Origin: Octopus sinensis
Lineage: Eukaryota
Length of the DNA: 64,000 nt
Direction of reading: 5' to 3'
Assembly (NCBI RefSeq): GCF_006345805.1
Contig: NC_042999.1
Coordinates: 116,436,001-116,500,000, forward strand
The position numbers were made by a program, and so were the translations under genes. Shown one piece after another: positions 1 to 12,651 of this stretch. The notes under the pieces are model-generated. The model was not told the origin of the DNA. It saw only the letters and a program-made list of their open reading frames with translations, and searched no databases. Every line of letters begins with the position of its first letter. The first letter of the stretch is position 1.

Positions 1-1428
1 TCTAATAATCTCAGTTAATCTAGGTTTCTCAACTCATTATATTACCTATGTGAGGCTCAACGGTATGGCTATATTTAGTATTTAAGAACAACCCAATGAA
101 ATATTTTCCCTTCAGCTGTAATATTGACATTGACATAATCAGCGTCAGTATACAGCTCCGTTATCTATTGTTTTCAATACAGCACATTCATAAGGAATTT
201 CAGGACGAATACCGCAGTTACTGGCCCATCAACTGTGTACATACATGAAGTATGATATACAGATTGGTATTTTCATTTAATACAACCTCGATTATATATA
301 CCAGATTTTATTTAGGCGTGCGGAGTGAGATGTCTGCTATTCGCAATACCAGAGAATATTCAGTTTCGAATATCAGAGGCAATGAATTCTCGTTTAAGCT
401 TGTGAATAGCTGCAAATATACTTCATTAAAAAAAGCCCCAAAAAGTCGAAATGCATATGACGTTCACACTGGTTGCTGTTGGAGCGACTTTTCGTCTTTC
501 TCCATTATTTCTTATGTAAACCCATAGGATATGTTATCTCCTGATGAATATCGCAGTAATTATCCTATTAAAGGTACATATACATTAAGTGTGATACATT
601 GGTGGGTACAAGCACGCACGCACGCACACACACACACACACACACACACTCATACACACACACACACTCACGTACAGATACTATTATATAATCGTGCTTG
701 TTTCTTTGCTGTTTTTGTCAAGCTAGTTATATATAAAATCAATTTAACATTAAACTGGAAGCTTATGCAATACTGTTTTGTGGAGTAAATATTTATTAGC
801 CTTTGCGAAAAAGAAATTGACACGGATACCCAGGTTTCAGCTTGTTCACTTTCTTCAGACATTAATACACTTTGTCTCTGTTTGGCTTTATATAGGCTGA
901 AGAAGATTGTTATTGTGGTCGGTGAATCAATCAATGAGATATTAAATAGGTGTGGTGTCGGTAGACAGGGAAAGTAATAAATGAGTAATAGAGGACGATA
1001 GTGGGGAAATAAGTTGATAGAAAGTTATGGTGAAGAGATTTATTTTGCTTTGATATTGGAATTTTATTGTTGTGTATGAACCCACCCTGACGTGAAAGAA
1101 AAGATGTAAACAGATGAGTTGTATTCAGGTCTCAACATTCTTTGCGTATAAAAATGGTTTTAGAGATATTTTAGATTAATCAAGAAATGGTTGGTCACTA
1201 TGTGTTGGTCAGACAGAAGTTGAATTTGGTATTGTTGTTATTAGCTTTCTATTAAAACATTTTAAGCTGGGTATTTAGGGACAGTTTGGTTTGATGAGAC
1301 CATGTTATAAATATTCATTGAGATTTTCAAAACTCTTTCTTTCTTTATTTATATTATACCCGGATATTTATGTTATATGTGGACAATTACGTAAATGTCA
1401 CTGCATGTTGTTTTCTATACGTCTAGAT

Positions 1429-1770
1429 CAGTGGTTCTCAACTGGGGTTCATATGGCCCCTAATGATCCTTATAAGGTTTTTGGAGGTCCACGCAACAAA
1501 ATAGTAAATTGGGTATCTACCATAGTATTTCTAAGGGCCTTGAAAAAATTGATTTAGATGTATTGATATTTTTTGCAAGAAACATGTTTCTTTCTCTAAA
1601 ATTTTCCATAGTTCAACCTACACATGATAATGTGTGAAAAACAAAATAGAAATTTTGAAAGCAGTTTCAATAAGACTAGTTTTTAAACATTAAATGACTG
1701 GGAGGAGGGGTCCACCAGATGAAAGTAGTAATCAAAAGGGTCCATAGATAAAAGTGGTTGAGAACCCCTG
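1429..1770. mobile_element. hAT (Charlie-like) non-autonomous MITE, copy 1
   Basis: Terminal inverted repeats CAGTGGTTCTCAAC ... GTTGAGAACCCCTG. Flanked by 8-bp TSD-like GTCTAGAT / ATCCAGAT (6/8 match). Internal sequence aligns with the copy at 8979-9350. Confidence 0.85.
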
Positions 1771-2056
1771 ATCCAGATGAATAAGGAAGGAAGATTCATT
1801 TTCTATTCTTATATGTGTGTTTAGGGATATATATATATACAATGTATAAAAATAGAAAGATACATGCATATCTACACATATACGTACTTATGTCCTTGCA
1901 TACACAATCACACACACACATATTCAAACGCGCGCGCGTATATGGCTATGTAGCCGCGAGCAGACGCAAATATCATCTCGGTCCTTCTGTTCATGACCTA
2001 AGGATGTGTCAGCTGGAGGAGAGACAGGGTTTGAATTCCTTTTCAAATGACTAGAC

Positions 2057-2140
2057 CAGTGGTTCACCCCCATTTTTTTTGTATCTATGGACTACTTTGA
2101 CTCCTATATTACTTGACTGGATCCTCATAACCATTCGATG
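2057..2140. mobile_element. hAT MITE terminal fragment (same family, opposite orientation)
   Basis: Starts CAGTGGTTC...CCATTTTTTTTTGTATCTATGGAC, the reverse complement of the right end of the 1429 and 8979 copies. Confidence 0.6.
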
Positions 2141-2269
2141 TATAAACAATCCTATTTTATTTTTATAATTAAATATTATTAAGAATTGTATAAAAAGAAT
2201 TTGTTTAAAATATTTTGTGTATTGTAGAAGTAAAACCCAATTTATTGTAAATAAATTTTAACAATAGAA

Positions 2270-2425
2270 TCTCATATGGCCCTCCTCTCCCAACCCCGGC
2301 TGAAAACCACTGAAGTAGACCAACGTGAAAAGATGTCTTGCTCTTAGACCAAATGCGCCGACCGGTCTACGAATCCAACCCACGACCTGGAGATCGTAAG
2401 TCCAATAGCCTAGCCACCATGCACA
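2270..2425 (-). mobile_element. tRNA-derived SINE family C, degenerate
   Basis: Minus strand reads GCATGGTGGCTAGGCTATTGGACTTACGATCTCCAGGTCGTGGGTTGGATTCG (A/B-box-like head). It shares the AAGAGCAAGACATCTTTTCACGTT core with the copies at 16.3, 28.3 and 51.2 kb. Confidence 0.55.
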
Positions 2426-2649
2426 AACTTTAACACATACACTCATACAAACACACATACGCACAAACACACACACACAAACATACACACCACTCTTACA
2501 CAAACACACGCACTTACACGTATTACTTTTACTTGTTTCAGTTTGGGGCTGTGGTCATATTGTGGCATCACCATTATTGTGTGATTGCTTGTTTATTTTA
2601 TTTCCATTGACGGATCTCACTCCGTGTTAGGTTTCATCGGATGACGGAG

Positions 2650-2870
2650 TTGGATAATGTTAACCTCATTTTAGTCTCTCCCAGTAGCTCATCACTAGCA
2701 CCGAGGCTATCTTCTTAGCTTAATAGCGTTGGATAATAACCTCAGGTCTTCTCTGATAATTTGACGCTTTCTGTCGGCCATAATTGGGTGTAATCCATAA
2801 TACTGAGAATAAATGTTCCCCACTGGATCACATATACCCAGATGATGTCTAAATCGAGCTAACTAAATAG
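2650..2870 (-). mobile_element. CR1-type LINE ORF2 3' relic
   Basis: Minus-strand peptides WGTFILSIMDYTQLWP and MSYWERLK match WRTFILNRLDCC and LSYWERLSEL in the LINE at 14.5-16.1 kb. Confidence 0.6.
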
Positions 2871-3183
2871 AATATGTTTTGTTGATGAGATATAATTAAA
2901 TTGAAACATTTCTATTGCTTTAAAGCAGTAGGCTTCAAATACAACGTCCAGAAATTGCATTATCTTTAATTCTCCTCCCCATTTAGTTTAGTATATTACT
3001 GTTTTTTTTACCTTCCTTGTTTATTGTTTTTAGTCAGATTTTAAACACTTCTAGAAGGGAGATTTATCTGCTCATTGCGTGGATATTCTTAGTTAATCGA
3101 GATACGTTATATAAACTATAACCCCACCCTAAAATTGGATTTATAGCTTTGAGTTCTTAGAAATAATTATCGTTATTTATGAT

Positions 3184-3233
<50 letters not shown>

Positions 3234-3555
3234 TGTGTGTGTGTGCGAGTATATATATTTTCAGAAAACGGTAAAATAGCTTCGCCATTCCTTAGTAGAG
3301 CCGTTGTACTACACTTTGACAATTCTTGATAAATTGACATCTGAAGCAGCTGGAGATACGATAGTCTGACCAAAAGTACCGGCTATTGCAAGCAAAAGTA
3401 AATATTGGTAAAAACACATTTGGCCGAATTTGGATATACGACAGTTTAACTTAATAGCAACGATATATATATATATATATATACACGCACACGCACACAC
3501 ATGCGCGCATACCAGCACCGTAACCACTTGTACAACTTCTACTAATACTACTACA

Positions 3556-3568
3556 GGTAGTAGTACTG

Positions 3569-3630
<62 letters not shown>

Positions 3631-3690
3631 TGTAGTAGTAGTAGTAGTAGTAGTAGCTATAATTTTCCTTGTAGGGTACTGTAGTAGTAA
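3556..3690. repeat. (TAG)n microsatellite
   Basis: Direct reading. An oppositely oriented (TAC)n run lies at about 3184-3232. Confidence 0.95.
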
Positions 3691-4306
3691 TAATAGAATA
3701 TATCTTTGTAAATATATAAACATATATATATGCACATATACGCACAAACACACACATGTATGTGTGTATGTGTTTATAGTGAGGAAGAAAGGAGAGAGAG
3801 AGAGAGAGAGAGTCCGAGAGAGACAGAGAGAACAAGAAAGAGAGACATGAGAGGTGGGTTGCTAGAGAAAGGAAGGTTACAAGAAACACTTGTTTGATTG
3901 TTACCGCCTGCCACAGTGAAAATCACGTGACGCTGACTATCAACAAAAAGGCCGTCTGTTTTCCTTTTTATTTTCTATTTCATTTTCTTTTCTTCTATAT
4001 ATTTATTTCACTCGCAATATGAGGTCATTGTTAGGACGGGTCCATTGTTCATTATATTCGTGGAGGTAGGGCGGTAAATATTGTAACCAAAGATGCCTCA
4101 CAACACAAATTTCAACTGTCGGTATTTTTGCCTTGGTCTCATAGTTCTTGTTTTTGTTTGTTATTGTTAGTTTTCTTGCTGCTGCTGCTACTGCTATTGC
4201 CGCCGTTGCTGCTATAGCTGTTGTTGACATTGTTGCTGTTGTAAGGTTATTATCAGCTTTGAATATATTTGTGGGTGGGTGGGTGGAATCAGCTAACTGA
4301 TTAATG

Positions 4307-4379
<73 letters not shown>

Positions 4380-4759
4380 TATATATATTATATATATATA
4401 TTATATAAGAAACAAAATAATGGTCATTCCTTTATTTGACCAAATTTGGCTTACAGCTGTTTCCAGTATTCATTGTGGGTACATTATTGATAGGTATACT
4501 CAATTGGTGTAGTTATCAGTTGGTGTAAAAACCAGTTTATCTGGAGTCCATCCACGAATTTACAATATAAAATTGCGATGAACAATAATCAGGGTCCCTG
4601 CCAAAGATTATCTGGAGTTCTTCACTAATTTCAGTAATATTGTTAGCCTGACGTGCCAACAGAGGGCTTATGGAGTATTTTGCTCTTTCTTATAAGCACT
4701 TTCTCAGTATTCCCTAGTTGAAATTCGGCAGAATTAAACACACACACACACACACACCG

Positions 4760-5000
4760 TAGCTGCATCCTCGTTACACAAGAAAGGCCATCGCATAAAA
4801 GACTTACTGAAATGAGTTATTATTAATGCCGTGTGATGCCCTTATGTGACTTTTAAGCCCAGCCAAAGTTTTACACATTTTATTACATACTGTACAGCTG
4901 TGCTGGCTGGCAGGAGAAACAGGTGTCACCGTATGCACTCTCTTAACATATATTTCAGACCTCCAGCTGAGAGGCCCATCCTTCCACATTTTGCACATGT
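4760..5000 (-). mobile_element. RTE-clade-like LINE 3' end with C-terminal C2H2-like zinc finger
   Basis: ORF 4804-4998 ends CTVCNKMCKTLAGLKSHIRASH. This resembles the CxxC...GLxSHxRxH motif at the C terminus of RTE-type ORF2. It is followed by a short UTR and a (GT)n tail. Confidence 0.5.
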
Positions 5001-5280
5001 TCTGTTGTGAATTGTAATAACCACATTACTGTTTATCATGGGTCGATTCCTGTGAGATTTTTGATAGCTGACCAGGCCTGCACGACTCAAACACCTTCAC
5101 CCACAAACCACACGCACAAAGAGCAACACTCCCTCATTCTCCACAGGTTCTTCCTTCTAAGCCCTCTCCTAATTCTCTCATACTTCACTCTCACCCTTTC
5201 AAACCCCAAACAACCACTATGCTCTGTCTTCCTCCATCCAGGTCCTGTGTCTCCCTCTCCCAATCACCAACTGCAATTCT

Positions 5281-5282
<2 letters not shown>

Positions 5283-5372
<90 letters not shown>
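5283..5372. repeat. (GT)n microsatellite
   Basis: Direct reading. Confidence 0.95.
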
Positions 5373-5377
<5 letters not shown>

Positions 5378-6005
5378 GTCAGGATGATTTCGGCCTTCAT
5401 TAGGTTTATCAAGAGTAGACGCCTGACTGCTGGAAGTAGCTCTGCTAGCGATATACATAGAATCACTGCCTAATCAGGGTCTGATTAGGTATCGCAAATA
5501 GCCAGCCGATTATTAAAAAAATGATCAAAGCGATAGGAGCAATATTCATACTAAAGCGTAATATGCCACAAAATCCATATGAGAGGTTCTCTCATTGTGA
5601 CTATCGCAGTATTCTGTGTTCTAACAGAACATCCACTTTTAAATGGGGCTAAATATTGCCTTTTGGTATTAATAATACTTCTGTCTCTTTTATTATTTTT
5701 TAATAAGACCACTAAAATAAAAGGTGGATATAACAGTACTCGACTACCACTGGCAGAGTAAAATAGTAATCTGTTGAAGCTGAAAATACTTCACAAATTG
5801 TTGCATTGCACCCTACCTAAAGTAGGGTGGAATACAACAACACATGGACAGTAATAAAAAGCGCCTATCTATATATAATACGGATCTGCTCCGGGGAAGC
5901 CCTATGCATTTTGATGTATGGAGATCAAGCAGTAATGGGTGGGGTGTCAAACATAGACACAGCACACACATATAAAGACGCCTGACGTATATATATATAT
6001 ACACG

Positions 6006-6165
6006 ACAAGGTTGTTTTTTTAGTTTCCGTCTACAAAATCCACTCACAAGGATTTGGTCAACCCAAGGCTATAGTAGAAGACAGTTCTCCGAGGTGCCAC
6101 GCAGTGGGATTGAACTTGGAATCATGTATTTGGGAAGCAAACTTCTTACCACACAGGCACGACCC
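6006..6165 (-). mobile_element. SINE family A, 5' head
   Basis: Reverse complement of the family A head (GTGTGGTAAG...GTTCAATCCCACTGCGTGGCACC). Confidence 0.8.
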
Positions 6166-6593
6166 CAACCCATATATATATCAAACTTTATGTGGGTTAG
6201 ACATAGACTAAGAGTGTTTGTTAGTACTGTACATGTATCCGTATATAAATAGTTATATGTGATTATATTGTATTTTATTTATGTCTTATTCTATTTAATT
6301 TTTTTTTATCTATTTCTGTTTTTCATAAACAATTTGATTGCATGCAAGAAGTGTACATATGTGCATATACAAATAGATATATGCATGTATTTTTTATTCT
6401 TAAATTTGCTTTCCTTTACTTCCGTCTTTAGAAATATTAAGTACGCATATAAGAAGTGTATGTATGTGCCTATATAAATAGATATATAATTAACTTTTAT
6501 CTTCTACTGTTTTCAGGCATTAGACTGCGACCATGATTGGACACTGCCTTGAAGAAGTTTTTTAGTCGAATGAATCAACTCCTGTGCATACTC

Positions 6594-7005
6594 TTTTACT
6601 CTTTACTCTCTCTTTTACTTGTTTCAGTCATTTGACTGTGGCCATGCTGGAGCACCGCCTTTAGTCGAGCAAATCGACCCCAGGACTTATTCTTTGTAAG
6701 CCTAGTACTTATCCTATCAGTCTCTTTTGCCGAACCGCTAAGTTACGGGGACGTAAATACACCAGTATCAGTTGTCAAGCGATGTTGGAGGTACAAACAC
6801 AGACACACAAACATACACACACACATACATGTGTACATATATACGACGGGCTTCTTTCAGTTTCCGTCTACCAAATCCACTCACAAGGCTTTGGTCGTCC
6901 CGAGGCTACAGTAGAAGATACCTGCCCAAGGTGCCACGCAGTGGGACTGAACCCGGAACCATGTGGTTCGTAAGCAAGCTACTTACCACACAGCCACTCC
7001 TACAC
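6594..7005 (-). mobile_element. SINE family A, full length (tRNA head, central TA/TG microsatellite, 3' AAGTAAAAGAG tail)
   Basis: Aligns end to end with 11566-11977 and 59452-59878. A-box TGGCTGTGTGG and B-box GGTTCAGTCCC on the minus strand. Confidence 0.9.
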
Positions 7006-7020
7006 CTATTTATTTTTAAG

Positions 7021-7252
7021 ATTTCTTTTGCCGAAATCGCTAAGTTATGAGGACGTAAACGCAACAATGCCGGTTGTCAAGTAGTGGTGGTGGGGGAAAC
7101 AGACATGCACACACGCACACACATTTACGCACACGCGCGCAACGGGCTTCTTCAGTTCTCATCTACCAAATCCACTCACAAGGTTTTGGTTGGTCAGAGG
7201 CTATTGTCCAAGGGACCGAACCCGGAACCATGCTATGGAGAAGTAAGCTTCT
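7021..7252 (-). mobile_element. SINE family A, internally deleted copy
   Basis: Matches the central part of family A (CTTTTGCCGAA...CCAAATCCACTCACAAGG...GAACCCGGAACCATG). Confidence 0.75.
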
Positions 7253-7338
7253 TGGTCTTTCCTGTTTGGCTGCCACTTTTCAATTACTTCAAATTGATTG
7301 CATGCAAGTGTACATTTGTGCATATACAAATAGATATA

Positions 7339-7505
7339 TGCGTAGGAGTGGCTGTGTGGTACGTAGCTTGCTTACCAACCACATGGTTCCGGGTTCAGTC
7401 CCACTGCGTGGTACCTTGGGCAAGTGTCTTCTACTGTAGCCTTGGGCCGATCAAAGCTTTGTGAGTGGATTTGGTAGATGGAATCTGAAAAGAAGCCCGT
7501 CGTAT
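7339..7505 (+). mobile_element. SINE family A, 5' head
   Basis: GCGTAGGAGTGGCTGTGTGGTACGTAGC...GGTTCAGTCCCACTGCGTGG...AAGAAGCCCGTCGTATA. Confidence 0.85.
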
Positions 7506-7761
7506 AATTTTGTTCCAATTGATATATAATTGATATATATTTGATGTGTTGATTATATCAATTGCACCAAATTTAAAAATTTTCACTAAACTTTGAAATT
7601 TCCACATGTGCAGCCAACCAGTAAAGATCCAAGCTTTTTACTACACAGCCACCCCTCCTATATACACACACACATTTCATTTTACTTTATTATACTATTT
7701 TTTCCTGGCTCTAAAATAGTTGGAATGCATGTGAGCAACATATATGTGTAGATAAATACAA

Positions 7762-7939
7762 GTGTGTGTGTGTGTGTGTGTGTGTGTGCTTTTGTATTTA
7801 TACGCATATCTATGTATAGATACTTGTGTGGACATATAAAAATATGCACACAACGTTGTATATAACTCAGACTTTTAACCCAACATATATTAATATAAAC
7901 ATCAAAGATAGTTAAGAAGCGTATATGTGTGTCTATATA

Positions 7940-7985
<46 letters not shown>

Positions 7986-8610
7986 TAAATCCCCCCACCC
8001 ACAAAAGAACAAGAAAAAAAGAAGAACAAACAAAAAACAACAACAACGCACGGGGAAGGAAAGAAAGATGGTTTAATGTTTCGAGCAAAGCTCTTCTTCA
8101 GAAACAGAAGAAAGTCCAATAGAAAAAGGAGACGGAGAGAAAAAAATCGCCAACGATTCACATGTGGTTACACTTTGAAAAAATGTGTGTGTGTGTGTGG
8201 TGTGTGTGTGTGTGTGTGTGCTTTTGTATTTATACGCATATCTATGTATAGATACTTGTGTGGACATATAAAAATATGCACACACGTTGTATATAACTCA
8301 GACTTTTAACCCAACATATATTAATATAAACATCAAAGATAGTTAAGAAGCGTATATGTGTGTCTATATATATATATATTATATATATATATATATATAT
8401 CGTAAATCCCCCCACCCACAAAAGAACAAGAAAAAAAGAAGAACAAACAAAAAACAACAACAACGCACGGGGAAGGAAAGAAAGATCGTTTAATGTTTCG
8501 AGCAAAGCTCTTCTTCAGAAACAGAAGAAAGTCCAATAGAAAAAGGAGACGGAGAGAAAAAAATCGCCAACGATTCACATGTGGTTACACTTTGAAAAAA
8601 TGTGTGTGTG
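7762..8610 (+). repeat. Two-copy tandem duplication of a ~420-430 bp unit bounded by (TG)n runs
   Basis: GCTTTTGTATTTATACGC occurs at 7788 and 8220. CACTTTGAAAAAATG ends at about 8185 and 8602. The unique parts are near identical (seen: one extra A, one G/C change). Confidence 0.9.
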
Positions 8611-8978
8611 TGTCTGTGTGTGTGTCTGTGTGTGTGTGTCTGTGTGTGTCTCTGTGTGTGTGTGTGTAAAATAATATACACTACCTTGTAAGTAGGGATA
8701 TGGAAGAATATGTATAAGGGACGGGTAACAATACCTACCAACTTACGTTTTCTAATTGTTTCAAAAAATCATATAAAACTAGACGGTAATAAGTTAACTT
8801 TAAACAGAGGCTCGTGGGGCTAGTTCTTATTTTTGCGAGAGACGGAGGGTAGTTTAAATCCTTAACAGAAAATAGGAAAACAATTGATATGTACTGAAAC
8901 GATCAGTCTTCACCACTTTATCACTTGATTATCACTAAATAATTTTATTCTTCATTTTATTTTTCAGTCTGTTTACAA

Positions 8979-9350
8979 CAGTGGTTCCCGACCGGGATCC
9001 CTTTGGCCCCTGAGGATCCATGTAAGATTTTTTTTTTCTTTTGGTGGGGAGGGTCCAGTCAACAAAACAGTAAATTGGGGATCCACAATAGCATTTTAAG
9101 GGACCCTGAAAAAGCTTTACTTTAGATGTATTTATTGGCGTATACTGAAGAAAAAAATAGCTAGGTTTCTTTCTCTAACATTTTACATTGTTCAACCTAC
9201 ACAAGTGGATGAGTAAATAACAAAATAGAAATTTTGAAGGAAGTTTCTATAAAACTAGTTTTTAAATATCGAATGGCTATGGGGTCCACCAGAATAAAAT
9301 AGTACTCAATCAAAGGGGTCCATTGACAAAAAAATGGTTGGAAACCCCTG
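8979..9350. mobile_element. hAT (Charlie-like) MITE, copy 2
   Basis: CAGTGGTTCCCGAC ... GTTGGAAACCCCTG termini. 8-bp flanks GTTTACAA / GTTTTGAA. Internal homology to 1429-1770. Confidence 0.8.
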
Positions 9351-10351
9351 GTTTTGAACTTTCTTCCATATAATCTAACCATTAAGTTAGAATGGTAATT
9401 CGTAGTCAACCCGACTCTTTTATTCTCTTTGTCTGTTTCTTTATTTCTGTATTTTGCATTTTGATTGATTGCATTTTGTCTGTCACTATATCTATGGGTT
9501 TAGTTTTGACTGCAAACTGCTGAAAATAACGCATCACTTTGGGTACGCATTATCACACTGAGTGGAAATGACGAGAGGATGTAACGAAGGACTTATTTAA
9601 ACAGTCGCCGGAAGAGGCGCATTTTACATCTTGGATGTATGATAATGATTACGCAACAACTCACCAACGTACTAAATATGTAAAAATGTGTCGAAACAAG
9701 TGTAGTGGTTTTAAATAAAGAAATTCGTTCATTCCATTTTCTATAATTATCTATTTGCATTAAGTCTACGGATATTGAAGAATTTCTGATGTACATCCAG
9801 TAGCAGGAGCATTTCATCATGCATGATGACATCAGGTAGCCAATAACTATGGACGGGCTTTGCATAGCATACAAGATTTTTACTCGAATCTTATTTAACT
9901 ATATATATATATATATATATATACACAAACATAGTCTCACACTCGCGCGCATGCTTACGCACACATACAAAAGAAAGGTATTAAAAGTGTTTAATACATT
10001 TAAGTATTTTAAGACAGTTGTTTCAAAACATTTAACTGTCCACTTGTGAAGGGTCACCACCGCACTTTCCTCAATGAATCAATCATTTAGGGCCCCCAGC
10101 TTGACGTTTAACCCAGCAGGTTACTTCAGTTCTTTTGAGTACAGGAGGTAGCATTTCCGTTAAATTGATGTTTATCTATATGTTGTTTTGAAAAGACTTC
10201 ATGCCACCCACTCTCGCCCTGTCTTTCTGCCTGTCGCTCTTTCTCTTCTCACACTTTCTTTACATCTTTATGTCTCTGTTTTTCTCTCTCTTTCTCTGTT
10301 TGTGTTTGAGTGTGTGTGGTGTGTGTGTGTGTGGTGTGTGTGAGAGAGAGT

Positions 10352-10386
<35 letters not shown>

Positions 10387-11565
10387 TATATATATACACT
10401 TACACACATACAGACGTATACATGTGCCCGTGCATATTATATGTATGGATGTACATGAACAGGTGTGAATGTATTATACGTATGTATGGATGTGTGTGTG
10501 TGTGCGTGCGTGTTAGCGTGTGGATGTATATGTATACAATTTCCGACCTCTCTTTCCCTCTCTGTCTCTATCTCTGTCTGTTTCTCTTTCTCTTTCTCTC
10601 TTTTTCTCTCCTTTTCCCCCATCGCCCTTTGCTCTGGACAACTTTTCAGGATCATTTACCTACAAAATAAAAAATAACAATAAAAAGCCATAATATTGGA
10701 AATGCTGCAGGGTAACTTATCATGATTAAAGATGAAGAAAGTTAATTTTATGAAACCGACCGAAGCTGAGAGATAAAGAAGATAACTGTCTACTACAGGC
10801 TATAAAGTAAGGCACAACAACAACAACAATAATAATAATCATCCTTTCAGATCTTATCGGTTTTGCTGCCAGCATTTCAAAAATTAAAGTTTACCGAAAA
10901 TTTTAAAATTTGGCACAATGATATACTTACCCAAATTGAATTACTGGAGTTATTTCATTTTTTTTTTTTTTTTCCAGAAAATTGTTTTAAAAAAGTTAAC
11001 GAGGTTTATAGTTTGATCGTTTTCACCCAGTCAGGAAGCAGGATTTGGAAGCTGTCATTTTGTGCGTGACTGCACATTTTTTTTGTTGTCACCATCCTGA
11101 AAATTGCACGTGTTGTCAATATTTGTAAACAAAACGTGTTATGTCTCCGGTAATTTTCTTTAATGTAAATAAATGTTTATGTTAATTTAAAAGATTTATC
11201 CAAAAAAATTTATTTAGATATTATTTTTAGCACACAACACAACCACCTCCATGCTCAATGAAACAAAAAACAAACGAGTAAACAAACATTTAAACATCCA
11301 ATATGCATTTAAAGCAAATGCGGTAAACAACACGTTGCATGCGATAAACACATTACAATTTTTAACAGAAATATTTGGAAGGATTAGATGTAAGTTCTCC
11401 GGCAATTTTCTTTCATGTAAATAAATGTGTGTTAATTAAAAAAATTTGCCAGTAATATCTTATAAAATGACAATATTCCAGAAGATGTACATGTCTATAT
11501 ATGAAAATAAGAGTGAGCAAAATATGCTTAAAAACCAAGCATTTAAGCATTAAAAAAAAACAAAA

Positions 11566-11736
11566 GGCGCAGGAGTGGCTGTGTGGTAAGTAGCTTGTCT
11601 ACCAACCACATGGTTCCGGGTTCAATCCCACTGCGTGGCATCTTGGGCAAGTGTCTTCTGCTATAGCCCCGGGCCGACCAATGCCTTGTGAGTGGATTTG
11701 GTAGACGGAAACTGAAAGAAGCCTGTCGTATATATC

Positions 11737-11767
<31 letters not shown>

Positions 11768-11977
11768 TTGTGTATCTGTGTTTGTCCCCCTAGCATTGCT
11801 TGACAACCGATGCTGGTGTGTGTTTACGTCCCCGTCACTTAGCGGTTCGGCAAAAGAGACCGATAGAATAAGTACTGAGCTTACAAAAGAATAAGTCCCG
11901 GGGTCGAGTTGCTCGATTAAAGGCAGTGCTCCAGCATGGCCGCAGTCAAATGACTGAAACAAGTAAAAGAGAGTAAA
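11566..11977 (+). mobile_element. SINE family A, full length
   Basis: GGCGCAGGAGTGGCTGTGTGGTAAG...GGTTCAATCCC head, central microsatellite, 3' GACTGAAACAAGTAAAAGAG. Confidence 0.92.
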
Positions 11978-12250
11978 ACATTTAACTTTCGGTTTTAATT
12001 TTTAAAATATCCTACTCTGTTTTCAATGTTTCCAGAACAGAAGCGAAGTTACTGGAGCTTGCTACCATAATCACACAGAACACAGCGTCAAATTTGTCAA
12101 CACGTGCTTCCTCACAGATAAAAGACTTCAAAGACTGCTCGAATTCGCTTGTTACTATTGCAACAGGCACGTTGAAAGACAAAAGAGTTCTCATGCTCTG
12201 TTTCTTACTATTGAAACAGGCATGAATGTGTCTATGGCTTATGATTGGCT

Positions 12251-12651
12251 AAAATTATCAAAATGTTCAAACTTTAATTGCTAATAACTCTTTATTTATT
12301 GATTTATAGCGAAAATTACTTTCACGTCATTAATTAGCCTATAAAAGTGTATCATTACACTGAATATGAAATTAATTCGAACAGAATTGATGGTGGCAGC
12401 CAAACCAATAAGATTCAGCCTTTCTACTAAAGGCACAAGGCTTGAAATTCCGGGGGCAGGGGACCAGTCGATTACAATGTTCAAGTCTAGTTGGTTTGGC
12501 TGCCAGCATCAATTTCTGTTCGAATCGATTTCATATTCAGTGTAATGATACACTTTTATAGACTAATGAATGACGTAAAAATCATTTGCGCTATAAATCA
12601 ATAAATACAGAGTTATTAGCAATTAAAGTTTGAAAATCTTGGGTAATTTTT
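12251..12651. repeat. Foldback inverted repeat, ~160-bp arms with an 82-bp spacer containing a SINE-B fragment
   Basis: 12251-12408 is the reverse complement (about 85-90% by eye) of 12491-12651, e.g. TTCAAACTTTAATTGCTAATAACTC / GAGTTATTAGCAATTAAAGTTTGAA. Confidence 0.85.

Noticed and set aside
3900-3960. TCACGTGAC E-box/CLEAR-like site
   Set aside because: A single short motif with no associated transcript evidence.
4445-4480. Minus-strand GAAACAGCTGTA (GAAA plus palindrome) beside a TA run; similar at about 48005
   Set aside because: No CUGANGA-like core upstream. At most a decayed Penelope end.
11566-11640. tRNA gene-like heads with A and B boxes
   Set aside because: No closed cloverleaf or acceptor stem, and they continue into SINE bodies, so they are SINEs rather than tRNA genes.
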